Assembly: GCF_006345805.1 (NCBI RefSeq)
Contig: NC_042998.1
Location: 55,056,001-55,120,000, forward strand
Origin: Octopus sinensis
Taxonomy: Eukaryota
Reading direction: 5' to 3'
Length of the DNA: 64,000 bases
Position 1 is the first letter of the stretch. Each line of letters opens with the position of its first letter. Below, in pieces: positions 13,252 through 26,621 of the stretch. The notes beneath the pieces are model-generated. The model saw only the letters and a list, made by a program, of their open reading frames with translations. It did no database searches and was not told where the DNA came from. A program made the position numbers and the translations under genes.

Positions 13252-13611
13252 ATTTTAACAACACTGTGTAACACGATTTTTCTTCTTCGGTAGCCACAGT
13301 GATATCTTATTTGCTTACCCCTAGAAAGTATGATAAATGGCTAACATTTCCTTCAAACTTTGCTATTGTTACTTTTATTAAAACCCTTCTCAACACTTGG
13401 CTATAATGCTCCCCCACTACTCTGCTCATCACCAGAGACGCACATAATGTCAGCTACTAAAGGACATGCTCAAGTAGTTAGGGTCAAGCAGCTGACAAGC
13501 AAATCTGTGGTACTGAGTAGAATATTTGCTATAATGCTATTTCTGCTTCAGCAACTCAGAGCTGAACTTGTCCGAAATGTAATGGAAAATAAATCAGTAT
13601 CAAAACATTGA

Positions 13612-15442
13612 GGGTCTAATTAAACTGATTCACAAAATCTGCATTTTTTTAAAAGAAAATTTTAAAAATCTGAAAATTGGCTATATTAATGTAGCTTTCC
13701 ACTCTTATTGCTATGAAGACATGATGTTGTGAACAAAAAAGAATTGGAGGAAAAAATTACAGAGGTTTAAAAATCAAATAAACTGGGTAATTTTAGCCAA
13801 TAGCGAGACAGAAATTTTCTGCGTTTAGCGGTGTCAACTTTAAGGCTGTATCCTGTGAAATTTATAGTTTATCGTCTGTGAAATGACCTGTTCTGTGTAG
13901 GTTTCTAAATAAACACAAATACCTAATAAAATCAACATGTATCATCTTAATGTTTCTGTTGTCTCTTCATTGATTTCTATAGTGTTTTGTCGTGGAGGCG
14001 CAATGGCCCAGTGGTTAGGATCGCGGTTTCGATTCCCAAACCGGGCGTTGTGAGTGTTTATTGAGCGAAAACACCTAAAGCTCCACGAGGCTCCGGCAGG
14101 GGATGGTGGTGATCCCTGCTGTACTCTTTCACCACAACTTTCTCTCACTCTTACTTCCTGTTTCTGTTGTACCTGTATTTCAAAGGGCCAGCCTTGTCAC
14201 TCTCTGTGTCACGCTGAATATCCCCGAGAACTACGTTAAGGGTACACGTGTCTGTGGAGTGCTCAGCCACTTACACGTTAATTTCACGAGCAGGCTGTTC
14301 CGTTGATTCGGATCAACCGGAACCCTCGTCGTCGTAACCGACGGAGTGCTTCCATCCCATAGTGTTTTGTATGCTTTTGCTATTCTTTAAAAATTTATTA
14401 TCTTAATATATTTGTCTGCATGTGTTTACTTTATGCGTATTTTAGTATTATGTACACCTGTCCTGTTTTTGTGTTCATCATGAATATATAAGTGTATGTG
14501 GATGTATGTATTCATATGTAAGTTTATATGCACATTCATGCATTCATATGTGTGTATGTGTGCGTGTGAGTGTGCGCGCGTGTGAAAAAGGGGCGTCTGT
14601 CTCCAAAACTCCAAAGTTGAGTAACGTTTTCGTGCTTGGATCTGTACACTATGATAGGAGTAACTCTGGTCAGCGAAGAATTAGTCTTAAGAAAAAGAAT
14701 ACATGTATTTTATATGTTTTTGCATGCAGAATTTAAAAAATAATGTCAAATTATCTGTATCAACCACAGTTTCTCTGTTCCACGATATCCCTCTCAGAGG
14801 TCTAAATTTCAGTGAAGCTGTTAAAATGTGAAGCTAACGGTTTAAGAGATACTCCTAAGTTTAATGTTTATGGATAGAATTAACCTAGTGAAATCATAAA
14901 TCCATCTATCTGAGTCAATGAGTTCCTGAAGCTTGGCAATACTGAGTCGACGGGTCATTGATGCTTTGTCAGAACTGTGCTTGAAGTGTAGGTGTGCAGT
15001 TGTGTACTAAGTTCACATATTCCATACACCTTCATAATGCCAAGAAACTCTATAAACATCGCAAAAATCTTTTGCTATATGTGAAAAATATGTAAAATAT
15101 TAAGACAATTGACGAAAAATATCTATAATAAAATTTTAATTGATAAATATAATTTTTTATTAAAACAAAACACCCGGGTGAAGTAAATCTCATGGTGTGA
15201 AGAATTAACACAACGTGCAGTTGTCATGGTAACAAGCTGTTAATGCCTCGCTGTCTGTTGATTGGCTAAAATTACCCAACTTTCCAACTTGGATTTCAAA
15301 TAACATCAGATTCTTTAATTTACGAGATAAAGTAATTGGTTGATCGTAATTAAAATTCAGAGTTGCATCGATACACCAAAATTGAAAGCAATCTGAGCTA
15401 AATTAAAGGGGACTGATTTTGTGAATCAGTTTAACTAGATCC
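13612..15442. mobile_element. Non-autonomous TIR DNA element (about 1.8 kb) carrying a SINE insertion
   Basis: TTAAACTGATTCACAAAATC at 13620 versus GATTTTGTGAATCAGTTTAA ending 15434; second inverted pair GGGTAATTTTAGCCAAT at about 13784 and about 15277. Confidence 0.6.
13991..14358 (+). mobile_element. tRNA-derived SINE family E, complete with 12-bp TSD
   Basis: A box TGGCCCAGTGG, B box GGTTTCGATTCC; ATAGTGTTTTGT at 13979-13990 and 14359-14370. Confidence 0.92.
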
Positions 15443-16029
15443 AACATTGATGTCCACTTAGGAAATAACACTTACTGATTAAAGACAAAAAAATGAAATA
15501 AAATGAAAAAAAATTTGTTACACAGAGTAATTTAATATGTTAAATCTAGACTGTCTTCAGATTGGGTAATGCTCTAAATTCTTTGAGTAAATTTCTACAC
15601 GAAAATGTAGAAACACCTCGCACAAACTCCTAAATCTTCTCACCTTATCACATCATCAATACATGAACAAATGACTAATTTATATTTATGAAATGTCTCA
15701 AAACCTATACAGATCTCAGTCATGTTAAGCAGAGAGATTAAATGTTCCTATAGAAAGCGTGAAATGATTAGGGAATTTTCAATAAACATTTGAAACTTCT
15801 TTGGAAAATGTATAAAATGGTAAAAATAACAAATAGTGACAAAAGCAGTATTAATACGAAAAGGTCATCTTGATCTCTAGCTTAACGTGGAGGTTGTGTT
15901 AGACTATAGAATTCTGCATTATTTGCATTGAGGGAATTTCTCATATGGGCTCGTAATGTATAAAAGCACTAACGATAGAGCTCATATTTTTGATAACCTT
16001 TTGTGGTGACCTTACATATATAACATTAA

Positions 16030-16282
16030 AAAGGTAAAGTTACCTTCTCGAGTCATGCCAGCTCATAAGGATCGGTTTCCCGGTTTTTTGGCATATGAAT
16101 TCACCACCTGGACGGGACGCCGGTCCGAGGCAGGATTACTCATTTTTACCAGCTGAGCGAAATGGAGCAACGTGAAATGAAGTGTTTCGATCAAGAATAC
16201 AACACATCGTCCGGTCAAGAATCGAAACCGCAATCTTAGGATCACGATTCAAACACCTTAACCACAAAACCACGCGCCTCCA
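16030..16282 (-). mobile_element. tRNA-derived SINE family D
   Basis: Shares head and TTCACGTTGCTCCA core with families C and D; related plus-strand copy at 29020-29272. Confidence 0.75.
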
Positions 16283-16901
16283 CATATATAACATAACTCT
16301 ATCGTAAATGGAAGTATTTTTGTTTAGAGCGTGAAAATAATTCAGTTTTTATCAGTTGTTAGTTACCTACAAAACTCAAGTGCGACTTACATCAGGTTCG
16401 TGGGTCCTGCCTCGAGAAAAAAAATCCTCAAAGCCCACTTTAATTTTGAAAGGCTCTTCACTTCCGCCTCCGACGGGACTCCAAAACAGTTTTGGTCCTC
16501 CTTGCAAAACTTTTCGCAGAAACCCTTCTCACATATCTCATGATATTTCTGCTACTTATACAACGTTACTGGCTGTATCCACTCCACAGTTCCTCCTTAA
16601 CTAATAAAACTCGCCCACTAGTAACTTTACAACCAGTCGCCTTCAGACGGACAGTTCCTTCTCTATATTTTTTATAGGACTGATGCTACAACGTCTTCTT
16701 ACTAACTCTTTCGGAGTTGGCAAGTTAGGTACCACCTTGACTCAAGCTTGTCTCACGCATCATTTCTTATACCAACACAACAGAAAACAGTGACAGTACT
16801 GTGGAAATGATGAATAATCAGTCGATTTATAAATGATTAGTGGCACCTAATTTAATCCTTGTCACAAAAGAAGAAAACCCATCTGTAACGTGTGGATTCT
16901 G

Positions 16902-16907
16902 AGAGAG

Positions 16908-16970
<63 letters not shown>
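16902..16970. repeat. (GA)n microsatellite
   Basis: Direct reading. Confidence 0.95.
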
Positions 16971-16974
<4 letters not shown>

Positions 16975-18103
16975 TATATAAAGGTAAGCAGAGTTAGCGG
17001 TTGGAATAACCGTCTACGGGATAAGAATATCCATTCTTATTACTGGTATAGATTACCTATGTTTTCCCTGGGCATGGGTATGCAAGCACTCTGTGCTCAT
17101 AGGGTACAGGTAATAACTGAACAAACAAAAGTTTATCATGCATCAAATTTAAATAAGCAGAAAATTTATCAGGAATCAAGTTTAAATAAGCAGAAAATTA
17201 TTTACTTTTATTTTATGTTGAGATGGTGTAGAAGGGCATAAGCGACCTCGTGCCACTTATGACATAGTCTTCTCCCCCACACCTTTTATTTACTGGCTCA
17301 TCTTTATTTATGTCTACCCCTGTTACGGTCTTAACTTGCCCTTGGTTTAAATATAACTAACCAATCGCAGAAATGGTTGAATTTTGGTCATTTCCATTAC
17401 GGACAACAGGTTGTTGGTCTCTAGAATATTTCAGTAAGTACACCATTATAAAAACTATATGGGTTTTGTTTTGGATAAATATTAAATAGCTCTAGTTACG
17501 AAATCATAAGTACTATTCTTTTTCTAGACATTGGCGATTCCTGCTTTACTTTAGCACTAGTTTTATTCTGCTAATATTTATACACCCTGGTACCCCTACA
17601 TAAAGAGATAACCCATAAATTATTTCTCATTTGCTAGTTCACTTTTTTGCCCATTGACTTCAAGCTTCACACTGCAAAGTGGTACGATTCTAATATATTG
17701 AGCCTTCTGGCCTCGTCTCGAGGCCCTGTTCTTTCCTCTTCCCTCTTCGCCTCGTTTATTTTATTTTGTTTTATGTATTTGTTTTCACTTTGATGAAGCT
17801 CCATGTACTAGATCGAATGTGCTATAAAGATGGCGAATATTATTTTCGGGAGTTTCTTTGTAAGCACTGACTGACATGGGCAGCCGAAACGGCCGTAAAG
17901 GATGTTATGTAATGTTATGTTATGTTTTGCATTAAAACATAAATAACCGATGTTGGTCAATTTGTCTGTTTGTTGATCAAATGTTTTCTCCATTTTCTGG
18001 TTATTTAAATTATATATATATATATTATATATATATATATATATACAAAAATGGGACGAGAACGCAAAACATCCAGATAGTTAGGTGAAGCAAAAAAAAA
18101 AAA

Positions 18104-18307
18104 GGGACAACAAAATATCCAAACAAACGATACAAGGAAAACTAGGATGGATGATTCGGAGTTTTCTATCCTCAGTCGAGTTTCAGATTATCTTTGCAAT
18201 TTCGGCTGGTTGGAACTCGACTGAGGATAGAAAACTCCGAATGATCCGTCCTTGTTTTCTTTGCATCGTCTGTATGGATATTTTGAGTTCTTGTCCCATT
18301 CTTGTAT
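18104..18307. repeat. Imperfect inverted repeat (about 80-95-bp arms, 28-nt spacer)
   Basis: GGATGATTCGGAGTTTTCTATCCTCAGTCGAGTTTC versus GGAACTCGACTGAGGATAGAAAACTCCGAATGATCC; mirrored ORFs 18085+ and 18183-. Confidence 0.9.
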
Positions 18308-18353
18308 TTTTTAATATATAAAATATAGCGGCATACGTACACTTTGGTCTCTC

Positions 18354-18393
<40 letters not shown>

Positions 18394-18407
18394 TATATAT
18401 ATATACA

Positions 18408-18443
<36 letters not shown>

Positions 18444-18469
18444 TACATACATACATATATATATATACT

Positions 18470-18724
18470 GAAGAAGGTAAAAGACAGAAAATAAAAAGCT
18501 TCTGACAATGCCCTAAGTTTAACAAAACCTTTATATTTCAGGCGCAAAGGCCCATCTTCAGAAGAAAAGAACAGTCTGAGAAAAGTTCAGTTATGTAGCT
18601 TCCGTTAACCCATTCAAATTCCCTAGCATTATTAGAGGATAGGCCTTTGTGCCTGCAATATAAGCTTGTTAAACTTTCTGCATTGTCAGAAGCTTTCTAT
18701 TTTCTCTCTCTTTTTACCTTCTTC
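18470..18724. mobile_element. Inverted PLE-type terminal repeat (about 90-bp diverged arms)
   Basis: GAAGAAGGTAAAAG...AAAGGCCCAT versus ATAGGCCTTTG...CTTTTTACCTTCTTC. Confidence 0.75.
18528..18565 (-). ncRNA. Minimal hammerhead ribozyme-like motif
   Basis: Minus: TCTT CTGAAGA TGGGCCTTTGCGCCT GAA ATAT A AAGG; helix I 4 bp, loop-less palindromic helix III (ATAT), AUA triplet. Confidence 0.55.
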
Positions 18725-18758
18725 GATATTACAGTGCTTCAAGCGAACTACAACGCTC

Positions 18759-18832
<74 letters not shown>

Positions 18833-19368
18833 CCGAGTGCGTGTGTGTGTGTAAAGCGAGCGAGCACGAAAAATCGCCCTCAATACTCCACTGTCCTTGA
18901 AAAATACTCGAAAGACAAAGTTGACATCGGCTGGATTTAAACTCAGGATACAGAGCAGTGAAAGAAATACCGAAAAGCATTCTATCTGACGTGTCAACGA
19001 TTCTTCCAATTCAACGCCTTCAATTCGTGATAGACTAGCGCATTATTTAGGGGAGAGATTTATCCAGCATCCGTTCAATGCTACGGCAAACCGGAGGGAG
19101 ATAAGCTTCGGATTTTTTTACAGTTTCGTGATTCGGAACGGATTAGCAAACAAGTGTGGGAAGTGAGTTTCTTTCACATCGATTGGGCTTTAAGCTAATT
19201 GAACCCACTTCCTTGCGATGTATGCTTCCTTGGATTGTGTGTGACGTGTTGATTGTCATGTTCGGCTAAGACTCATTTAATCTTTGGCTCATTCAAGCAT
19301 TCAGTTTCCATCACATGTCGGATATAAACATTGATAAGGGAAATTGCATACACGTGTGCTTGTTTATG

Positions 19369-19409
<41 letters not shown>

Positions 19410-19869
19410 ACTCTTTGACCGTCTAGTTCTCTCTCTCCCTCCCCCCTCTCTCTCTCTCGTTTCAATACTCGGGCTGTCGGAAGTTGTCTATGTCACTTTC
19501 CCCCCAAACACTGCAGTCCTGTTATTGTCACACAGGGAGGAAACGAAGCAAGCACAATCAATTTGGAATACGAGTAGGGGGTCGTTTCATTAGGTTCACT
19601 TCTGCCACCCAGTAGCCGGCCATATCACTAAATTGTATTGGAGTCTTATACAGGATTTGAATTTTCATAATATACATGTTAGCCACAGCATGGTTGTAGT
19701 CTAATGACTAAAACCAGTAAAAGTAAAACAAGACAAGAATAAAAGCGGTACGGGTAATTTTAATATAGAAGATTATTGTAACAATGTCAAAAAATATTGT
19801 GATATTTGCAGTTTAATAAAAGCGAACATTTCTATTGTAGATAAAATTACAATGAAAAGCTGAATGTTA

Positions 19870-20535
19870 TAATATTGGTCTCTATCTCTGGCACAAGGCC
19901 AGGAATTTCAGAGGGGCGGGTAAGTCGATTACATGGATTTCAGTGTTCAAATTGGTAATTATTTTATCGATCCTGAATGGGTGAGAGGCAAAGTCGACCT
20001 CGCTGGAATTTGAACCCAGAATGTACAAACGGACGATATGCTGTTAAGCATGTTGCCCGGCGTATTAACGATTTTTATTTCTTTATTGCCCACAAGGGGC
20101 TAAACATAGAGGGGACAAATAAGGACAGACAAAGGGATTAGGTCGATTACATCGACCCCAGTGCGTAACTGGTACTTAATTTATCGACCCCGAAAAGATG
20201 AACGGCAAAGTCGACCTCGGCGGAATTTGAACTCAGAACGTAACGGCAGACGAAATTCCGCTAAGCATTTCGCCCGGCGTCTTAACGATTCTGCAAGCTC
20301 GTCGCCTTACTGAACATTGTAATATAGGTTTCAGATTTTGGCACAAGGCTAACAGGTTGAAGGAAGGGGCTAAGTCGATTACATCGGCCCCAGTTTTCAA
20401 CTGGTAGCTATTTTCTCGACCGCTAAACCATGAAAGGCAAAGTCGACTTCGGCGGAACTTGAACTCAGAACGTTCAGGCGGACGATATGTAGTTAAGTAT
20501 TTTGCCCGGCGTGCAAACGATTCTGTTTGCCGCCG
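19870..20535 (-). mobile_element. Cluster of three SINE family B copies of different divergence
   Basis: GGCAAAGTCGAC(C/T)TC core at about 19987, 20205, 20436. Confidence 0.85.
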
Positions 20536-20978
20536 TACTGAAAGTTATAATATTGATTTCAAACATTGTAACAAAGGCACATTTTAGGGGAGGAACGTAG
20601 TCGATGGAACCAACACTAGTATGTGGCTACTGCTGTATTTTATGGTGCTGTACTTTATAGTGTACTTTATAGTGGTAGTCTCTCGAGTCCGAGAAAGATG
20701 GTTCTGCAATTTCTTGCTCAACAACCTGCACAGATGATTTATTCTTTTTTCAGTCAATTGACTGCAGCCATGCTGGAGCACTACCTTAAAGGGATTTTAG
20801 TCGAGCAAATCGATCTCCAGGACTGATTCCTTGTAAGCTTGGTGCTTATTCTATCAGCGTATTTTGTCGAACCGCTGGGTTACGTATGGGGACGTAAACA
20901 CATCAACATCAGTTGTCAAGCAATGAGGGAGGGGGGGGGGGGCAACACAGACAGAAAGACAACCCACGCGCCACACAC

Positions 20979-21035
<57 letters not shown>

Positions 21036-21489
21036 CGATAACGCACCGATCGTCAGTGCAATACCCTAATTATTAGATCATGTGCCCTAACCACTGTATT
21101 TTATATGTGCCTTGGTTGTGGAGCGCTTTAAGCATCCAGGAGGTTTGCAACGCGAACAATAGTACAGAATGCAGTAGCAGATGGGTTTCCAGGAGTCATG
21201 ACCTGAATACGACCCGGTTCCCGAAGAGATCAAGAAGTTAATAGCCGAAAGACTTGCATGAGAGAGTGGTTTCAACTCTGAAGATATTTTCTTGGCCAGC
21301 TTTCCCTATAGTTTCTTGCTATCCATAATCCCGTAAAGGTGAAAGTAAAATTGATCACGACCGGACTTCAACTCAGTATGCTTTAATAACTGTCTTTCTG
21401 GTTAATGTTTAATTAATATGATACACAGGGAGATATTTCAATCTAATACTGGTTCCTTTGCATATACTGGATATCTATATCTATTTTTA

Positions 21490-21790
21490 TCCTTTACTAG
21501 TTTTAGGCTTTTCACTACGGCCATGCTGGGGTACCGCCTTGAAGGGTCTAGTCGAAAAATATTGCTTATTTTTTTATACCTAGTACTTATTCTATCGGTC
21601 TCTTTTGCCGAACTGTTAGCTTACAGGAGTGTAAACAAACTAACACTTGTTGTCAAGAGGTTGTGGTGGATATATATAGAGAGGCCTGTCTGTGTGGGAA
21701 GAAGCTTGCTTTCCGACCACATGGTTCGAGTTGACTCCCACTGCGTGGAACCTTGAGCAAGTATCTTCTTCTATGGCTTCCATCGGATTA
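21490..21790 (-). mobile_element. SINE family A, diverged
   Basis: Reverse-complement similarity to the tail and head of 793-1197. Confidence 0.7.
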
Positions 21791-21830
21791 CTCTTCGTTT
21801 GTATACTGGGAACCGTATTGATCAATATAG

Positions 21831-22050
21831 CCTTTCGTTACCAACCCGGCTGAAACCGGCTCTGGCTCTGTAGTAGAAATGTCTTGTTTTCATAAGTTTT
21901 GAATTAAAATCTTCTACCAAACCTTAGTCACAATTTATGTTCCTAACGCTAGTTGAATGATAACTAAGTTATTTTACTAAATTCTTAGTTATATTTAAAG
22001 TAATTGAAAGAAATACAGAACATCTCGAAATAAATACAGTAACAAAAGGG
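21831..22050. mobile_element. piggyBac-type MITE (TTAA target)
   Basis: CCTTTCGTTAC ... GTAACAAAAGGG|TTAA (22051-22054); left TTAA degenerate. Confidence 0.55.
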
Positions 22051-22833
22051 TTAAGATAGTAGTGCTGATTCGGGAGAATTTAGGCTGCTATTTTCAGCAT
22101 GTTTGGCGACTATGTGTCAATTTCCAAATGAACATAACTGGCAATGGACAGTTCTTTCTTCCTTTCATCTCCTCTATCTGTCTCTGTCTCCCCTCCAACT
22201 CTCTCTCCCTCTCCCTGTACTGTCCCTACCTTCAGCTTTCATATTTTCAGACTAGATAGCTGAACTAACTTTATTTCATTACTTTTGCAAAATGGACGGA
22301 CACCTTTAGAGATAGTTTTGAATTTTGACTTAATTGAAAAGACAACGCATGATCAACACGATTATTAGATTTCAGTAATTCCGTTAGCCAACATTCTGAA
22401 TTCAAATCTCGACAGAATCCACAGATTTGCTTTTCATCTTTCTGGAAATAAATCGGCCATGTCCTCTCAAAAAAATGTGATTTCAATTCGTACATGCAAC
22501 TATTTGAAAAGGCATAATTCTCACACAATGTCATTTATTCTGTACATAAGTTTGTGACTTTTTTCCCTATATATGAAATCAACAGTATATGAAGAGTATC
22601 GCGTCAAATGTCGACCATTATATCTTGCCTCTCGGTATGCTAGAAATCATAAATAAATAATCAACAGGTCACACGTGCGGCTGAGTGGTTAAGAAGCTAG
22701 CTTTGCAACCATGTGATTTCGAGTTCTGTCCCACTAAGTGGCATCTTGGGAACGAGTTCTATAAGCTAACCCCGGACTGACCAATGTATTGACTTTTGAA
22801 TGAATTTGGTTGACGGAAACAGTCTGGCAGCCC

Positions 22834-22907
<74 letters not shown>

Positions 22908-23081
22908 TATCTCTGCTGAATGGGATTTGGGGTGAGTTGTCAAGCAGTCCATGACTTTCAGATGTTCTAACACCCGGTGCTTTGAGAGAATATTCTCCAC
23001 CACGCCATATCGCCTACTGAGAAATACACAAAGCATGTACGTTAATAGTATGTGCGGTTGATAACGTTTATATATATAAGG

Positions 23082-23470
23082 CGCAGGAGTGGCTATAGGG
23101 GCAGGAATGGGTATAGGTGCAGGAGTGGTTGTGTGATAAGTAGCTTGCTTCCCAACCACATGGTTCCAGGTTCAGTCCCACTGCGTAGCACCTTGGGCAA
23201 GTGTTTTCTGCAATAGCCTCGGGCCGACCAAAGACTTGAGAGTGGAAACTAAAAGAAGCTTGTCGTACATATATGTGTGTGTGTGTCTGTTTGTCCCCCC
23301 CCCCCATCGCTGGACAACCGATGCTGATGTGTTTACGTCCCCGTAACTTAGCGGTTACAAGAGAGACCGATAGAATAAGTACTAGGCTTACAAAGAATGT
23401 AAGACGTGAAGTCGATTTGTTCGACTAAAAGCGGTGCTCCAGCATGGCCGCAGTCAAAACGACTGAAACA
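23082..23470 (+). mobile_element. SINE family A, near full length
   Basis: Similarity to 793-1197; partially duplicated head. Confidence 0.85.
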
Positions 23471-24335
23471 AAATAATACACACACACACATGCATCTATA
23501 TTAGATACATACATACATAAATGCATGCAAGTCTGTATGTGATGTGTATATGTATATCTGTATGTGTCTTTGTGTTTATCACAACCGCCTGACAACCGGT
23601 GTTGTTTTGTTTATGTCGCCGCGACTTAGCAGTTCAGCAAAAGATATCGATAGCACAAGTACCAGACTTAAAAATAGGAACTGGGATCAATTTTTTCAAC
23701 TACAACCGGAATGGTGAAAAGCAAAGTCAGCCTTAGTGTAATTTGAACTCAGAACGTAAAATATGGTGAGAAATGCTGCTAAGCATTTTTGGTCCGACGC
23801 ACTAACGATTCTGTCATTCGGCACCTCTCGAGTTACAGAAGCAATAAAAAAAGCAGTTTAAGATAAAGAAAAGCAGCTGAAAAAATCCAAAGCAGTCACA
23901 AGACAAAAAATAAATAAATAAATAATACAATACAATAAAAACGACAAAAATCCAAAGAATATTTTATATTCTTTCTTTTCTTATTCTAGTTCTCTTTGTC
24001 ATTTCCTGTTCTTCTGAGACACATGCAGAATAATAGACAAGAGTAGAATATTATAAAGAAATAAATAAATTACAAAAACGCTAAGAATTCGTTAGTGGTT
24101 CACTAAATAAATGTGATCTGTGTAACCTACGGACAGGAGCTCTGGGGATTGAATCTTCTCCGAAATCCTTTCACTACACTTGTTAAACGATGAATCGGAA
24201 CATTTCTTGAGTGAGTGAGACATGTCACTTGTAATTTTCGTTAATCACTATAAGGGAGTAAAACGTGTTATTGCTATCCACAAGACAAATTTATTAAGGT
24301 TAGGGTCACATTTAAATTAATATTTCATGGTTAAG

Positions 24336-25104
24336 AAGGCGGCGAGCTGGCAGAAACTTTAGCACGCCGGGCGAAATGCTTAGCGGTATTTCATCTGCCG
24401 CTACGTTCTGAGTTCAAATTCCGCCGAGGTCGACTTTGCCGTTCATCCTTTCGGGGTCGATAAATTAAGTACCAGTTACGCACTGGGGTCGATGTAATCG
24501 ACTTAATCCGTTTGTCTGTCCTTGTTTGTCTCCTCTGTGTTTAGCCCCTTGTGGGTAGTAAAGAAATAGGTATTTCGTCTGCAGCTACGTTCTGAGTTCA
24601 AATTCCGCCGAGGTCGACTTTGCCTTTCATCCTTTCGGGGTCGATTAAATAAGTACCAGTTACGCACTGGGGTCGATATAATCGACTTAATCCGTTTGTC
24701 TGTCGTTGTTTGGTCTCTCTGTGTTTAGCCCCTTGTAGGTAGTAAAGAAACAGAAATAGGTATTTCGTCTGTCTTTACGTTCTGTGTTCAAATTCCGCCG
24801 AGGTCGACTTTGCCGTTCATCCTTTCGGGGTCGATAAATTAAGTACCAGTTACGCACTGGGGTCGATATAATCGACTTAATCCGTTTGTCTGTCGTTGTT
24901 TGATCTTTCTGTGTTTAGCCCCTTGTGGGTAGTAAAGAAATAGGTATTTCGTCTGTCTTTACGTTCTGTGTTCAAATTCCGCCGAGGTCAACTTTGCCTT
25001 TCATCCTTTTGGGGTCGATAAATTAAGTACCAGTTGCGTACTGGGCTCGACATAATCGACTGGCCTCCTCCAAAATTTCAGGCCTTGTGCCTAGAGTAGA
25101 AAAG
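24336..25104 (+). mobile_element. Head-to-tail array of four SINE family B units (one head, then headless ~184-190-bp units)
   Basis: GTATTTC(A/G)TCTG...TACGTTCTG unit starts near 24387, 24571, 24761, 24944; flanked by a 17-bp direct repeat. Confidence 0.9.
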
Positions 25105-25120
25105 AATATTTCATGGTTAA

Positions 25121-25331
25121 GGCGGTGAGCTGGCCGAATCGTTAGCACGCCGAGCAAAATGCTGAGCGGCATTTCGTCCGTTTGCACGTTCTGAGTTCAA
25201 ATTCAGCCGAGGCCGACTTTGACTTTCATCCTTTTGAGGTCGATAAAATAAATATCATTTGAGCACTGGAGTCTATGTAATCGACTTACCCTCCCCACGA
25301 ACTTTCTGGCGATGTACCAATCTTTGCAACC
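25121..25331 (+). mobile_element. SINE family B, older copy
   Basis: More diverged core GAGGCCGACTTTGACTTTCATCC. Confidence 0.85.
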
Positions 25332-25642
25332 AATATTTCATGATTTAACACTTGTTGTTGTTGTTGTTGCCAATTCATAGCTAGGAATAATCAAACACAC
25401 CTATGTTTCCACAAACGTTTCCACCTTGTCTATCTCACTATTTTATTTATCAGGGTCTTTGCTTAATATTGGCTATTTTAAGTGCAATGTACAGCAAGAA
25501 CCTCCTCTCTCAGCACCTGAATAATTAAACTTAATTCTAATAAAGAAACAAAATTTCACTAAATAAATTAAGGAGATTGCTAAATCAATTAGTGTCGCAT
25601 AAATAATTTGCAAAACTGGATGAGATCTTCGCAATGAATTAA

Positions 25643-25830
25643 TCTCTTATATAAAATCCGTTCCGTCTGTCTGTCTCTGTGTGTGTCTTCTCGGAACTCG
25701 GGTATCCTCCATCCACTTGCGCTCAAATTTGATATGTAGATACCGACGGTATCGGGGCGTGTATAAGTCTTGAAAAAATTACAAAAATCGATTCCAAGTG
25801 AGAATGCGATCGATAAAGCCATTTTTTTCC
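25643..25830 (+). mobile_element. Helitron-like 5' end fragment
   Basis: A|TCTCTTATATAAAA followed by (TCTG)n as at 30880; no 3' CTAG end found. Confidence 0.45.
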
Positions 25831-26244
25831 TGCTTTTATTCTGTCAACCTGTACATAACTGCACCTTCCATTTTTTTGTTGTTTTTGTACTGCTTAAAGG
25901 CACGTTTCTTTTCTGTCAAGCTTACTGTTTAAACCATGTTTGTGTTCTCCCAGTCAACAGCCTTATCATTACTGGTACTTTAAAGTCTTCGGTTGCATAT
26001 TTGTGTGAATAAAATCGTTTTTCTTTAGAATAGAAAAAAGTCTATCGTTATTTCTTCTTTTGCTGGTGTCTCAAATTTAGGTTAAATCAGTGTTTCTCAA
26101 AGGGGAGGCGTATGGGACGGTCGACAAGTTGTTTTGAGAAAATTTGGTTTAAATGTTTGGCAACTCAACACCGTCCATCGGACAGGGGGGGGGGGCGTTT
26201 TTCTCGTCATATTAAAACACTTTTAAAGGCCCCTCGCAGTTCTC

Positions 26245-26600
26245 TTTTTCTTTCTTTTACTCGTTTCAGTCATTGGACTGCGGTCATGCTGCAGCACCAC
26301 CTCGAAGAATTTTAGTCGAACGAATCGACTCCAGTGCTTATTTTTTAAAGGTGTCTTTTGCCGAAACGCTAACTTACGGGGACGTAAACACACCAACACC
26401 AATTATCAAGTGGTGCTGGAGGACAAACACACACACACACGCACGCACACATAGACGACGAGCTTCTTTTAGTTTCTGTTTATCAGATCCACTCAAAGCT
26501 TTGGTCAGTCTGAGGTTACAGTAGAAAACACCTTGCCTAAGTTGCCATGCAATGATGTTGAACCCTGAGGTTGGAAAGCAAACTTCTTACCACACATCTA
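26245..26600 (-). mobile_element. SINE family A, diverged
   Basis: Reverse-complement similarity to 793-1197. Confidence 0.75.
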
Positions 26601-26621
26601 CATCTCCATCTAGATATCTGT

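Noticed and set aside
13991-14050. tRNA-like sequences with A and B boxes (also 13190-13251, 27000-27056, 29020-29080)
   Set aside because: SINE heads; no complete cloverleaf, and each continues into a SINE body
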